Assembly: GCA_964019335.1 (NCBI GenBank)
Contig: OZ025732.1
Location: forward strand, 359,604 to 423,603
Direction of reading: 5' to 3'
Source: Diplonema japonicum
Lineage: Eukaryota; Protista; Euglenozoa: Diplonemea
Length of the DNA stretch: 64,000 nucleotides
Shown: positions 20,031 through 30,819 of the stretch, in pieces
Numbering within the stretch: the first letter of the stretch is position 1
Layout of the letters: each line of letters opens with the position of its first letter
Position numbers and translations under genes: made by a program
The notes under the pieces: model-generated
Seen by the model: only the letters and a program-made list of their open reading frames with translations
Databases searched by the model: none
Told to the model about the DNA's origin: nothing

Positions 20031-20298
20031 CAGGACCGGGGGGGGGGAGTGTCAATGGGGAGCAAGCCTAGGGGGGGGGTAAAGCAGGGTTCCTTTTTCT
20101 TTTAGAGACCTTCGACTACCGCCCGTCGGCTTTGAGTAACGGCCCGTTCGAGGGGCCATGTTTCTTCCATTGGGTTATTACATAACTGATATAGTGATAG
20201 TTGGTGTCCTTTTTATAGCACGTGTTCTTCCCTTCCCTCTTTCTCTTAGAAAAGGGGGAGCACGTCTGCTGAGCTGCTTTAATGGGTTTTTTTTTTAA

Positions 20299-22104
20299 CC
20301 ATCTACCAACGGACCATTTTTGCCCACCAGGGGGTAAATTTTCAAAACTTCAAAAAAAGCTATTCTAGCGCAACGCCGGGGCTATATGCCCCCGGAAATG
20401 CCTCCAGATGTCCCAATTCTAGAGAGAGGGTGCCCACAGCAGGGCCCACCCTCACAACATTGTCAAAAATATCGTTCCTAAAGTGCCCGAGAGGGGGTAC
20501 AAAAAACAAGTCAAAAAAAATCGACTGTAAAATTCTGTAAAAAGCTATTTAAGGCCTTCTTGACGCGGTTCGTACGTGCCCCAGGGCTGGGGGACTTCTT
20601 TTTTGACCCCGAGAGGGGTTTCTGGGGGGTATCCCCGGCAAGGTGGTAGTCTTTGAAGCACGGAGTCACGCAAAGTTGTACCAAGCAGGTTGAACACTGG
20701 AACTGGGGTCATTTCGACTTGCCATGCTTACACCGCACGTTGCGCTACTTTTTCGGGGAAATGGTCCCAGAACGTACTGTCGCGGCGCATTGGGGTCTCA
20801 GGGCACTCGTTCTGTGTTTCGGGGCATGGTATTGGGGCAGCCTGCTCTGTAGTTGACTTTATCTGTTGTTTAGACAGCCTCCCTAGTAGCCCTTCGATGA
20901 CTGCCTCTTTGAAAGGCATGAATCCACTGTCGTTCATACTCAGGGTGTTGGGGGGCAATGCTTCTTTCCAAACAAGCCAAGCATTTGCCAGAGATTTATC
21001 TAACACGTACGAAAATACTTTCAGGGGCCACTTCGAGTCATAAGGGAGCGTTTATGGCGTTTTGTCACAGCATCACCCAGCGTCGGTTCCGCCCATTGCG
21101 GTGTTGTAAATATGCACTTGGTGGGGAGTGGGATGTCCTTTCCGGCTTTCATTCTCTTTTGGCCGACACGTCAAATTTGACTTCACCAGAACATCCAACG
21201 TCGACAGAAAGCGTACAGGCTTGATGTCATGCCACGTTGTGGTGCAAAGGATGCTCACGTGCTGGTGGAACTGGGTGTCGCCACAGGATGCGTGTCCTTG
21301 GGCTTGCGGCCTCGCTTCTTTGGGGCATCCGTGATCTCCGGGAGGCCTTTGCGATAGGTAGAAGTCAGCACGCTTGTTTGTTTCGCTGTGGAAACACAGA
21401 TTTCCCAGAATAGTCAAAAAGCGGTCTCTTGACATGACGGTGGCGTACCCAGGGGTGTGGTTGAGAGACGTGGAGCCAGTGTGCCAGTAGTCAGAATAAT
21501 CTGGCTTGATATCCAAGTCCATCGACAAAAGGGCACCTAGGAAGGTACGCAAAGAAGCAGCATTGAGATCCAGGGAAACACCTTTTTTAGCCGCATTTGC
21601 CACATTGTTCGAAATTATGACCCAAATAACGTTTGGGGCGAGCATTTGGGAGAATATATGGAATGGCGTTGAGCCTCTGATGTCAAAACAGGGTCCACAA
21701 GGATTCCGATCTTCACGAAACCGGATGCCTTCCAACTGCTTCGGCTTTGCCGTCCAATCACCCTGCTGTGACTCGGTATCAGTCGAATTCGTATCAGAAT
21801 CACTGTCCGTACCAAAATTGCATAATAGGGATGAGCCATCAGTGCTACCATCACTCATAATGTCCTCTTCCGGCCTCTTTCTGGGTGCCCTTTTTTGAAG
21901 TGATTTTTAAGGGTAAATTTGGGCTGGCGTTTTTTTTTCTTTTTTCTTTTTCTTGTTAAGTTAGGGCAGCATTTAGTTTATATTTTTCATATTTTCCGCG
22001 CAGGACCCCGGATGCGAGAAGTGGCCGGGCTGTATTGCATTGAAAGCCCTTTGCGCAAAAGATTTTTTTTCAAATCGTCTCTAAAGACGCTCGTTGGTAG
22101 ATGG
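20299..22104 (-). mobile_element. Internally deleted piggyBac transposon
   Basis: Perfect 13-bp TIR CCATCTACCAACG with TTAA at 20295-20298 and 22105-22108; transposase remnants MSRDRFLTIL, YNTAMGGTD and C-terminal CSTCLVQLCVTPCFKDYH (about 20643-20705). Confidence 0.93.
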
Positions 22105-22243
22105 TTAAATAGGTTTACATGTTTCTCGAGTGTTTTCAGCCCCCCCTCCCTGACCCGCTCCTCTACATATTCCTTTTCGTATGCGCCTGACCACAAAGAT
22201 AACACACAGGAGACGGAAGAAGATAAGGGGGTACCACATAACC

Positions 22244-23365
22244 ATGAAAGGAAGCGAAGGACCATCGGCAGTGACGCTGCAGGCGAGGCTCCCCACCTCT
22301 GAGACCATCAGCATTGAGGCAGTGGCTTCGGAGGAGATGAAGAAGGTGAAGGAGAGGATCGCATCGATGGGAGGGTTTGATGTGGACATCTTCACCCTCA
22401 CCTTCGATGGGGTGGTGGTGGCGGCGGCTGCTGACGACGGCGGTGGACAGCTTGTCGGAGATCTTCCTTTTGAGGATGGAAGCATTCTTGAAGTGGTGGT
22501 GTGCAAGAGGCAGGCGGCTCTGTTGAAGCTTTCTGAGTTGGGTATCGAGGTGGAAGGATACGATTTACTTGGTGATGCCTTTTCAGATTTGATAAACGAG
22601 GAGGACAAAATAGCAGACGAGAGGATTTGCGAGGTTGTGAGCCTTCTCCTGGATGCTGGGGTGAGTGGTGGGGAGGAAGTGGCCCTTCACAGGGCGGCCA
22701 ACCTCAATCTTCCTTCTTGTGTGGAGGTCCTCTTGACTCGTACTTCTGTGGACGTGAATTCAGAGGTTTTTCTTCCTGAGGAGTGGTGTGATTCGTGTAC
22801 AGCACTTCACCGGGCCACTTCGGAGGAGGTGGTGGCTATTCTCTTGAGACACAATGCAGATGTCAACGCAAAGGACAGTGGCGGTGAGCCTGTCATTCAC
22901 TATGCAGCACGTTGGAGTCCGGTGGGCACGCTTTCTGTACTTCTGGAGCACAATGCCGATGTAAATGCGAGAGGCAGGAGAGGAAGGACGGCTCTTCATG
23001 TCTCCTCTGAAATTGAGCACCGGCCGCCAAAGGTTCACCTGCTTCTTGAACACAAGGCAGACATCGAAGCAAAAGACAACGAGGGAAGAACACCCCTTTT
23101 CACGACTAATAGTTTAAAGGTGGCTGAAGCACTTCTTGAGCACAATGCTGATGTGAAGGCAAGGGACAATAGAGGGAACACGTGTCTGCACAACGCTGTT
23201 GAAAGAGGTTGGTACAAAGTGTTACCTGTTCTGCTGAGACACAATGCAGATGTGACGGTAATGAACGATGAAGGGAAGACGGCTCTCGATCTTGTCCCCT
23301 CTGATGACAGCGACAAGGTCAAGGCGATGCGGTACCTGTTGCAGGAACCTCAGTCTCGCTCATGA
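22244..23365 (+). CDS. Ubl-ankyrin repeat protein, copy 2 (C-terminal tail altered by indels)
   Basis: Family motifs; ATG follows the shared TACCACATAACC leader. Confidence 0.88.
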   Translation: MKGSEGPSAVTLQARLPTSETISIEAVASEEMKKVKERIASMGGFDVDIFTLTFDGVVVAAAADDGGGQLVGDLPFEDGSILEVVVCKRQAALLKLSELGIEVEGYDLLGDAFSDLINEEDKIADERICEVVSLLLDAGVSGGEEVALHRAANLNLPSCVEVLLTRTSVDVNSEVFLPEEWCDSCTALHRATSEEVVAILLRHNADVNAKDSGGEPVIHYAARWSPVGTLSVLLEHNADVNARGRRGRTALHVSSEIEHRPPKVHLLLEHKADIEAKDNEGRTPLFTTNSLKVAEALLEHNADVKARDNRGNTCLHNAVERGWYKVLPVLLRHNADVTVMNDEGKTALDLVPSDDSDKVKAMRYLLQEPQSRS

Positions 23366-23529
23366 TCGGAGCGACAGCTGACCGACGTCAGCAGGCTTCC
23401 TGTTGTTGGGCTGATTTCAAAGAGTATGTTTAGTCGTCACCGCCATTTCGGTTGTGCCTCCCGCTCATTTTTCTTTGGTCATTGCCGGTCATTTTTACTC
23501 ACTGCCCCCCTCCGCAAAAGCTCCACAAA

Positions 23530-23935
23530 AGCCCGTCATCCAAAGCAAGCAGGGACAAACACTTCGACACCCTGACGCTGAGACACATTCTTGTGGAGAA
23601 CCCACGAAAAGCAATCAAATATCTTGAGACACCGCCGATCCCCAAGAGAGTGTACAATCCTGTTTCTCACGGAAAAACAGAGAACTTATCTATCCCCCAC
23701 CAGCACCGGTCAGTCACCTTTATTCTTTTTTATTCGACTCTCTGTTTTCGTATGCAGTATTTATCCTTCCTTACCACTTTTATTTTACTTTTTCGTTTCT
23801 TTATTCCCACTTGCAATAACATTTCAACTACCTACCCCCCACCAGCAGCCGACCAATCAGATGCAGCAGAAAAGGATACTGAGGTGCGGCACCCACAGTA
23901 GCCAAAAGAAAAAAAAGAAAAAGAGAAAGAAAATG
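23530..23935 (+). mobile_element. Rearranged 3' fragment of LINE family A with a nested PLE family 2 piece
   Basis: PSSKASRDKHFDTLTLRHILVENPRKAIKYLE; GGATACTGAGGTGCGGCACCCACAGTAGCC; TATTCGACTCTCTGTTTTCGTATGCAGTATT at about 23731-23761. Confidence 0.75.
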
Positions 23936-24094
23936 AAAAGAAAGAGGTCAGATGAAGGAATGAACGATATGACAGTGTTCGTGAAGACGGGAGGCGGGGT
24001 TCACGATGTGGAAGTGTTGGGAAAGGACCTGCACAAGAAGGTAGGGTGTGCTGCTAGTTTAATCGTTGAAAGAAAACAAGAAAAAGACAAAACC

Positions 24095-25348
24095 ATGAAA
24101 GGAAGCGAAGGACCATCGGCAGTGACGCTGCAGGCGAGGCTCCCCACCTCTGAGACCATCAGCATTGAGGCAGTGGCTTCGGAGGAGATGAAGAAGGTGA
24201 AGGAGAGGATCGCATCGATGGGAGGGTTGGATGTGGACATCTTCACCCTCACCTTCGATGGGGTGATGGTGGCGGCGGCAGCGGCTGCTGACGACGGCGG
24301 TGGACAGCTTGTCGGAGATCTTCCTTTTGAGGATGGAAGCATTCTTGAGGTGGTGGTGTGCAAGAGGCAGGCGGCTCTGTTGAAGCTTTCTGAGTTGGGT
24401 ATCGAGGTGGAAGGATGGGATTTACTTGGTGATGCCTTTTCAGATTTGATAAACGAGAAGAACAAAATAGCAGACGAGAGGATTTGCGAGGTTGTGAGCC
24501 TTCTCCTGGATGCTGGGGTGAGTGGTGGGGAGGAAGTGGCCCTTCACAGGGCGGCCAACCTCAATCTTCCTTCTTGTGTGGAGGTCCTCTTGACTCGCAC
24601 TTCTGTGGACGTGAATTCAGTGGTTTTTCTTCCTGAGGAGTGGTGTGATCCGTGTACAGCACTTCACCGGGCCACTTCGGAGGTGGCGGCTGTTCTCTTG
24701 AGACACAATGCAGATGTCAACGCAAGAGACGGTGACGGTGTTCCTGTCATTCACGAAGCAGCATGTGGGAAGCAATCTGGGGGCAGGCTTTCTGTACTTC
24801 TGAGGTACAATGCAGATGTGAATGCAAGAGACAGGGAAGGAAAGACTGCTCTTCATGACGGCCGGTTCAGTCCTCACCCCTCTGCTGTACGACTGCTTCT
24901 TGAGCACGGGGCAGACACCGAGACAAGAGACGACCGGGGAAGAACACCTCTTTTCTTGGCTGGTTTAGAGGTGGCTGAGGCACTTCTTGATCACGGTGCT
25001 GATGTGAAGGCAAGAGACAATAGAGGGAACACGTGTCTGCACCACCCTGTTGAAAGAGGCTTGTTCGAGGTGTTACCTGTTCTGCTGAGGCACAATGCAG
25101 ATGTGACGGCAAGGAACGATGAAGGGAAGACGGCTCTCGATCTTGTCTACTCTGACAACAGGAACAGGTTGAGGGCGACAGTGCTCTACGGGGGGGACTT
25201 GTTCAAGGCGGTGCGACACCTGTTGCAGGACCCGAGTCTCGCTCATGATCTGGAGCTATTCGAAAATGGGAGGGAGCTGAGCGACGTCAACAGGCTTCCT
25301 GTTGTTCAACTGATATCTAGAGAGATCGGTAAGAGAAGGAGCCGCTGA
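24095..25348 (+). CDS. Ubl-ankyrin repeat protein, copy 3 (mosaic of copies 2 and 4)
   Basis: Family motifs; preceded in frame by a short Ubl-LRR-type start fragment (about 23960-24060). Confidence 0.9.
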   Translation: MKGSEGPSAVTLQARLPTSETISIEAVASEEMKKVKERIASMGGLDVDIFTLTFDGVMVAAAAAADDGGGQLVGDLPFEDGSILEVVVCKRQAALLKLSELGIEVEGWDLLGDAFSDLINEKNKIADERICEVVSLLLDAGVSGGEEVALHRAANLNLPSCVEVLLTRTSVDVNSVVFLPEEWCDPCTALHRATSEVAAVLLRHNADVNARDGDGVPVIHEAACGKQSGGRLSVLLRYNADVNARDREGKTALHDGRFSPHPSAVRLLLEHGADTETRDDRGRTPLFLAGLEVAEALLDHGADVKARDNRGNTCLHHPVERGLFEVLPVLLRHNADVTARNDEGKTALDLVYSDNRNRLRATVLYGGDLFKAVRHLLQDPSLAHDLELFENGRELSDVNRLPVVQLISREIGKRRSR

Positions 25349-25571
25349 ATGGTACAGGTAGTGGATGAGAACAAGGGTGATTTCAAAGGGTACCTTCCTT
25401 ATTTTTTGGGGCCTTCTTCCAGCATAGCCGGCCCCAGAAGTTCTTTTTTTGGAGATTCGTTCCAGTGTTTTGTTAGTTTCATTAGCTCTTTTGCTTTTGT
25501 ATTTTCATTTTTATTTTTTTACTTCTTCTCAATTATTAACTTTGCACAAATATAAGGGATACCACATAACC

Positions 25572-26804
25572 ATGAGCGGGAACGAAGGACCACCGACAGT
25601 AACGCTGCAGGCGAGGCTCCCCACCTCTGAGACCATCAGCATTGAGGCAGTGGCTTCGGAAGAGATGAAGAAGGTGAAGGAGAGGATCGCATCGATGGGA
25701 GGGTTGGATGTAGACAGCTTCACCCTCACCTTCGATGGGGTGGTGGTGGCGGCGGCTTCTGATGACGGCGGTGGACAGCTCGTCGGAGATCTTCCTTTTG
25801 AGGATGGAAGCATGCTTGAGGTGGTGGTGTGCAAGAGGCAGGTGGCTCTGTTGAAGCTTTCTGAGATGGGGATCGAAGTGAAAGGAAGGGACTTGTTCGA
25901 GGTAATTGATGAAAGGCAAGGGCGCAACAGAGAGGGGGTCTGTGAGGTTGTGAACCTTCTCCTGGATGCTGGGGTGAGTGGCAGGGAGGAGGAGTCCCTT
26001 CACAGGGCGGCCGAGCACAATCTTCCTTCTTGTGTGGAGGTCCTCTTGACTCGCACTTCTGTGGACGTGAATTCAAAAGTGTCTTTACCTGGCGATTGGA
26101 GGAGTACGTGCACAGCACTTCACCGGGCAACTTCGGAGGTGGTGGCTGTTCTCTTGAGACACAATGCAGATGTCAACGCAAGAGACGGTGACGGTGTTCC
26201 TGTCATTCACGAAGCAGCATGTGGGAAGCAGCCTGGGGGCAAGCTATCTGTACTTCTGAGGTACAATGCAGATGTGAATGCAAGAAACAGGGAAGGAAAG
26301 ACTGCTCTTCATGACGGCCGGTTCAGTCCTCACCCCTCTGCTGTACGACTGCTTCTTGAGCACGGGGCAGACACCGAGACAAGAGACGACCGGGGAAGAA
26401 CACCTCTTTTCTTGGCTGGTTTAGAGGTGGCTGAGGCACTTCTTGATCACGGTGCTGATGTGAAGGCAAGAGACAATAGAGGGAACACGTGTCTGCACCA
26501 CCCTGTTGAAAGAGGCTTGTTCGAGGTGTTACCTGTTCTGCTGAGGCACAATGCAGATGTGACGGCAAGGAACGATGAAGGGAAGACGGCTCTCGATCTT
26601 GTCTACTCTGACAACAGGGACAGGTTGAGGGCGATAGTGTTCTACGGGGAGGACTTGTTCAAGGCGGCGCGACACCTGTTGCAGGACCCGAGTCTCGCTC
26701 ATGATCTGGAGCTATTCGAAAATGGGAGGGAGCTGAGCGACGTCAACAGGCTTCCTGTTGTTCAACTGATATCTAGAGAGATCGGTAAGAGAAGGAGCCG
26801 CTGA
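25572..26804 (+). CDS. Ubl-ankyrin repeat protein, copy 4
   Basis: Family motifs, intact ORF. Confidence 0.9.
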   Translation: MSGNEGPPTVTLQARLPTSETISIEAVASEEMKKVKERIASMGGLDVDSFTLTFDGVVVAAASDDGGGQLVGDLPFEDGSMLEVVVCKRQVALLKLSEMGIEVKGRDLFEVIDERQGRNREGVCEVVNLLLDAGVSGREEESLHRAAEHNLPSCVEVLLTRTSVDVNSKVSLPGDWRSTCTALHRATSEVVAVLLRHNADVNARDGDGVPVIHEAACGKQPGGKLSVLLRYNADVNARNREGKTALHDGRFSPHPSAVRLLLEHGADTETRDDRGRTPLFLAGLEVAEALLDHGADVKARDNRGNTCLHHPVERGLFEVLPVLLRHNADVTARNDEGKTALDLVYSDNRDRLRAIVFYGEDLFKAARHLLQDPSLAHDLELFENGRELSDVNRLPVVQLISREIGKRRSR

Positions 26805-27114
26805 ATGGTACAGGTAGTGGATGAGAACAAGGGTGATTTCAAAGAGGTTTGCCGGTTTTAGTATTTCGAGGTATGATCACTCCACACGTGCCTCTCGTCA
26901 CTCCCGGCAGCCTCTGGTCTCTGGCGCTGTTTCTTCATTTGTTTCGTCATCAGCGGCCATCTATCAGTTCCTCCTAGTGTAGACAAGCACTACGACATCC
27001 ACACGCTGGAGCACATCCTCATCAAAGACCCGAAGAGGGCAATCAGGTTCATCGAGAACACCGAAGAGACCACCAGGAAGCCCACCGACTAACCCCCACC
27101 GACTAGCCGTCTAC

Positions 27115-28161
27115 CGTGGCAGCCACTGGATTATCGCTCTCCTTACAAACGGACGGTACGTCGTTAAAGACACCGACAAAAAGTTAAGGACCCAGCGTGT
27201 CCACCAGCTTTGCACGACCTACCGCGAGCACAACATCCTCTGCATCACAGACAAGACGTGGGCCGAGACAGCCCCGGGCAGGAAACACATTACTCGTGTT
27301 CTTGACCCTGAGGCAGAGCGCCGCGAGTTAGAGCCGGTCGTCACCCCGGCGGCACGGCAGGCGAGCTACTCGAATCCAGAAACGGCTGAGGGTGCTGTCA
27401 ACACCCCCGATGACCGCACCCTCCTTATCTACGTCGCCAAGGCCGCAGCCGTAGCTGCACATGCCACACGCGTCAGACGGTCTGACACGACAGCCGCCGC
27501 TCCATCTATGACTACACACACCGCTCACATCGAGCGTCCCGTCGCCATAACCTTCGTGGCCCTAGTTGCCGCTGTGGCCGCCCGGGCCGTACACACCGGA
27601 TGCTCTGTCGCCACCACATCTGCGGCGAGCCAGACAGACTTAGTGGGGACGATCCCACTTTTCCCGAAGGTCGCAAGTTTGTGGAAGTCTGCGCCACAGA
27701 TAGCAGTCGCAGCCTGTCAGACGGACCCGACCGCAACACCTGTGCTGTTCTCGTCTTTTCCGTAGCCCCCTCTTAGTAGCAAGCTGTCCCCAAAATACGC
27801 GGAATTGAGGACGCCCGTGGCCGCGCCGATCAAGCTTTTCACGAAGTCGGCAGAACTGCAGACACCCGTTTCACCAGAGGTCAGGCTATTCACAAGGTTT
27901 ATAGAACTGAGGACGCCTGCGATTTTCTCTTTTCCTTTTTCACTTCGTTCCGTTTTCATTATTCTTTCTGGCGATAGACTGATACGGGCCATGGAAGCAA
28001 CCTCTGCTTAATTCCTGGTACGTGGGAGGCTCCTCTTGAGGATGTCAGTCACCTTTTTCCTTTTTTATTCGACTCTCTGTTTTCGTATGCAGTATTTATT
28101 CTTTTCCACCCCTTTTTATCTCATTTCTTCGCTTCTCTATTCTAACTTTAAATCATTTCAG
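27115..28161 (+). mobile_element. 5'-truncated PLE family 2 copy beginning inside its Josephin-like domain
   Basis: Open frame 27115-27765 reads GSHWIIALLTNGRYVVKDTDKK...YREHNILCITDKTWA, homologous to GHWTTAIKTGRSWYTVMDTDKE...YDEQNILGITEESWA; the 3' end ...AAATCATTTCAG is repeated many times in the window. Confidence 0.78.
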
Positions 28162-28310
28162 TAGCTTCTTCTGCGTTCCGCGTCGTGTCCTTAATGTGCG
28201 CGGTGTACAGCTCAACCCCAGCCGGGGCGGTGATGACCGACGACGAGGTCAGCAGCGAACAACACATCTGATGTTGTTCTTATATTTTCATGTTATCCCC
28301 ACCACCTGAG
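28162..28310 (-). mobile_element. Deleted copy of the SINE-like element
   Basis: Reverse complement matches parts of 30820-31136. Confidence 0.75.
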
Positions 28311-28440
28311 TTCCTAAGGGGTTTTGGCATAGAGCCTTTTGATTCGTTCGGCTTCAGCTTTCCCCAGTGTTTTATTATTTCATTGTTTTACTTCTTTTCA
28401 ATTTCTAACTTTGCACAAACAGGAAGGATACCACATAACC

Positions 28441-29547
28441 ATGAAGGGAGGCGAAGGACCATCGGCAGTGACGCTGCAGGCGAGGCTCCCCACCTCTGAG
28501 ACCATCAGCATTGAGGCAGTGGCTTCGGAGGAGATGATGAAGGTGAAGGAGAGGATCGCATCGATGGGAGGGTTGGATGTGGACATCTTCACCCTCACCT
28601 TCGATGGGGTGGTGGTGGCGGCGGCTGCTGACGACGGCGGTGGACAGCTCGTCGGAGATCTTCCTTTTGAGGATGGAAGCATTCTTGAAGTGGTGGTGTG
28701 CAAGAGGCAGGCGGCTCTGTTGAGACTCTCTGGGATGGGGGTCAAGGTGAAAGGAAAGGATTTGTTCGGAGCACATGCGGACTTTTCAGGTTTTTTCGTG
28801 AGCAACAAGGCCGAAATAGAGGAGGACAAGATGTGCGAGGTTGTGAACCTTCTCCTGGATGCTGGGGTGAGTGGTTGGGAGAAGAAGGCCCTTCACGTGG
28901 CGGCCAAGCTCAGCTTTCTTTCTTGTGTGGAGGTCCTCTTGACTCGCACTTCTGTGGACGTGAATTCAGAAGTAGGTTTTCCTGACGAGTGGATGCATCT
29001 GCGTACGGCACTTCACCGGGCCACTTCGGAGGAGGTGGTGGCTCTTCTCTTGAGACACAATGCAGATGTGAATGCGAGAAACGGGAATGGAGGGACCGTT
29101 CTTCATCGCTATTTTCACCCTTCTGTAGTACACCTTCTTCTTGAACACAGGGCGGACACCGAGGCAAAGGACAGGGAGGGAAGAACACCCCTTTTCATGG
29201 CTAATTTAGAGGTGGCTGAGGCACTTCTTGAGCACAATGCTGATGTGAAGGCGAGGGACAATAGAGGGAACACGTGTCTGCACCACGCTGTTGAAAGAGG
29301 TGATTTCAATGTGTTACCTATTCTGCTGAGACACAATGCAGATGTGACGGCAAGAAACGATGAGGGGAAGACGGCTCTCGATCTTGTTCCCTCTGATAGC
29401 AGGTACTTGAGTGCGATGCGATACCTGTTGGAGGACCCGAGTCTCGCTCATGATCTGGAGCTGTTCGAAAGTGGGAGGGAGCTGAGCGACGTCAGCAGGC
29501 TTCCTGTTGTTCAACTGATTTCAGGGAGTATTTCCCCGTCAGGTTGA
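28441..29547 (+). CDS. Ubl-ankyrin repeat protein, copy 5 (one ankyrin repeat fewer)
   Basis: Family motifs; lacks the GxPVIHxAA repeat. Confidence 0.9.
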   Translation: MKGGEGPSAVTLQARLPTSETISIEAVASEEMMKVKERIASMGGLDVDIFTLTFDGVVVAAAADDGGGQLVGDLPFEDGSILEVVVCKRQAALLRLSGMGVKVKGKDLFGAHADFSGFFVSNKAEIEEDKMCEVVNLLLDAGVSGWEKKALHVAAKLSFLSCVEVLLTRTSVDVNSEVGFPDEWMHLRTALHRATSEEVVALLLRHNADVNARNGNGGTVLHRYFHPSVVHLLLEHRADTEAKDREGRTPLFMANLEVAEALLEHNADVKARDNRGNTCLHHAVERGDFNVLPILLRHNADVTARNDEGKTALDLVPSDSRYLSAMRYLLEDPSLAHDLELFESGRELSDVSRLPVVQLISGSISPSG

Positions 29548-29558
29548 AGATTAGTGTT

Positions 29559-29881
29559 AAGGTGGTGGGGATAACATGGGGACATGGTGTTGTTCGCTGT
29601 TGACCTCCTCGTCAGTCATCACCGGTAGCGTCCGAGTGGGAGAACATAATGCAGATGCTCAGGGTGACGAACGAAAGAACGCATACCAAGGGTGACGAAC
29701 AGGCAGCAAACTGCACGAATCTTGGTTACCCGGGACGCCCCGGATAGGGTTTAGCTGTACACCGCACGACACGGCGCGGAACGCAGAGGAAGCTACAACT
29801 CGGCCACGGTGCGCCCCCTGTAATCAAGTAGACAGTTCTTGTGCTGGGCGCCGCCAACACCGGCCTCCTTTAACTCATTTA
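29559..29881 (+). mobile_element. SINE-like non-autonomous retroposon, 7-bp TSD
   Basis: TAGTGTT at 29552-29558 and 29882-29888; similar to 30820-31136; ends CTCCTTTAACTCAT. Confidence 0.8.
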
Positions 29882-30267
29882 TAGTGTTGTTGGGTTGATT
29901 TTAGAGGTAAGAATAGGTGTTCAGGGTTGATGCAGATCTTGTGTAACGAGAACACCAGAAGCATGCTCAATCTCAAAGCAGATCAGCAGCTCCATAACAA
30001 CTACCTAACCTGCCGAAGTAGCATGCTGATCAGAAGGAGACGCTGAGGCACACATGCACCATCCCTGATCCTCAGACAGTGTTTAAACGAGAAAGGTAAC
30101 AAGGTAGAATAAGCATGTATCCAATGCAGCTAAGGACCTTTCTTCTATATGAGCTCGTTAACTAAAAGGTTTTCCCCCACCCCATGAGAACCCCCATGCA
30201 CTTTCCACCCCCTTCCCCCCCCTTCTTCTCTTATAAGGTAGTTTTCCAAGCCTCTGTTTACAGGTAG

Positions 30268-30439
30268 CAATGGAAGCAACCTCTGCTTAATTCCTGGTAC
30301 GTGGGAGGCTCCTCTTGAGGATGTCAGTCACCTTTTTCATTTTTTATTCGACTCTTTGTTTTCGTATGCAGTATTTATCCTTTTCCACCCCTTTTTATCC
30401 ATTTTTTCGCTTCTCTATTCTGACTTAAAATCATTTCAG
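30268..30439 (+). mobile_element. Short 3'-end insertion of PLE family 2, 20-bp TSD
   Basis: AAGCCTCTGTTTACAGGTAG at 30248-30267 and 30440-30459; matches 27991-28161. Confidence 0.88.
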
Positions 30440-30488
30440 AAGCCTCTGTTTACAGGTAGAAAAAGAAAGGACGAAAAGAGACGGAGCC

Positions 30489-30818
30489 ATGAATGGAAGC
30501 GAAGAACCATCGGCAGTGATGCTGCAGGCGAGGCTCCCCACCTCTGAGACCATCAGCATTGAGGCAGTGGCTTCGGAGGAGATGATGAAGGTGAAGGAGA
30601 GGATCGCGTCGATGGGAGGGTTGGATGTGAACATCCTCACCCTCACCTTCGATGGGGAGGTGGTGGCGGCTGCTGGAGACGGCAGTAGTGGACAGCTCGT
30701 CGGAGATCTTCCTTTTGAGGATGGAAGCATGCTTGAAGTGGTGGTGTGCAAGAGGCAGGCGGCTCTGTTGAAGCTTTCTGAGATGGGGATCAAGGTGAGA
30801 GGAAGGGATTTTGTTTAG
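30489..30818 (+). pseudogene. Ubl-only truncated copy of the Ubl-ANK family (copy 6)
   Basis: Ubl head intact, stop right after GRDFV, no ankyrin sequence follows. Confidence 0.8.
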
Positions 30819-30819
30819 T

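Noticed and set aside
23591-24094. Long N-terminal extensions of Ubl-ANK ORFs in the ORF track (also 22181, 25449, 28339; 19017 for Ubl-LRR)
   Set aside because: They start at non-ATG or out-of-family codons and run through TE debris or pyrimidine tracts; paralogues define the conserved ATG.
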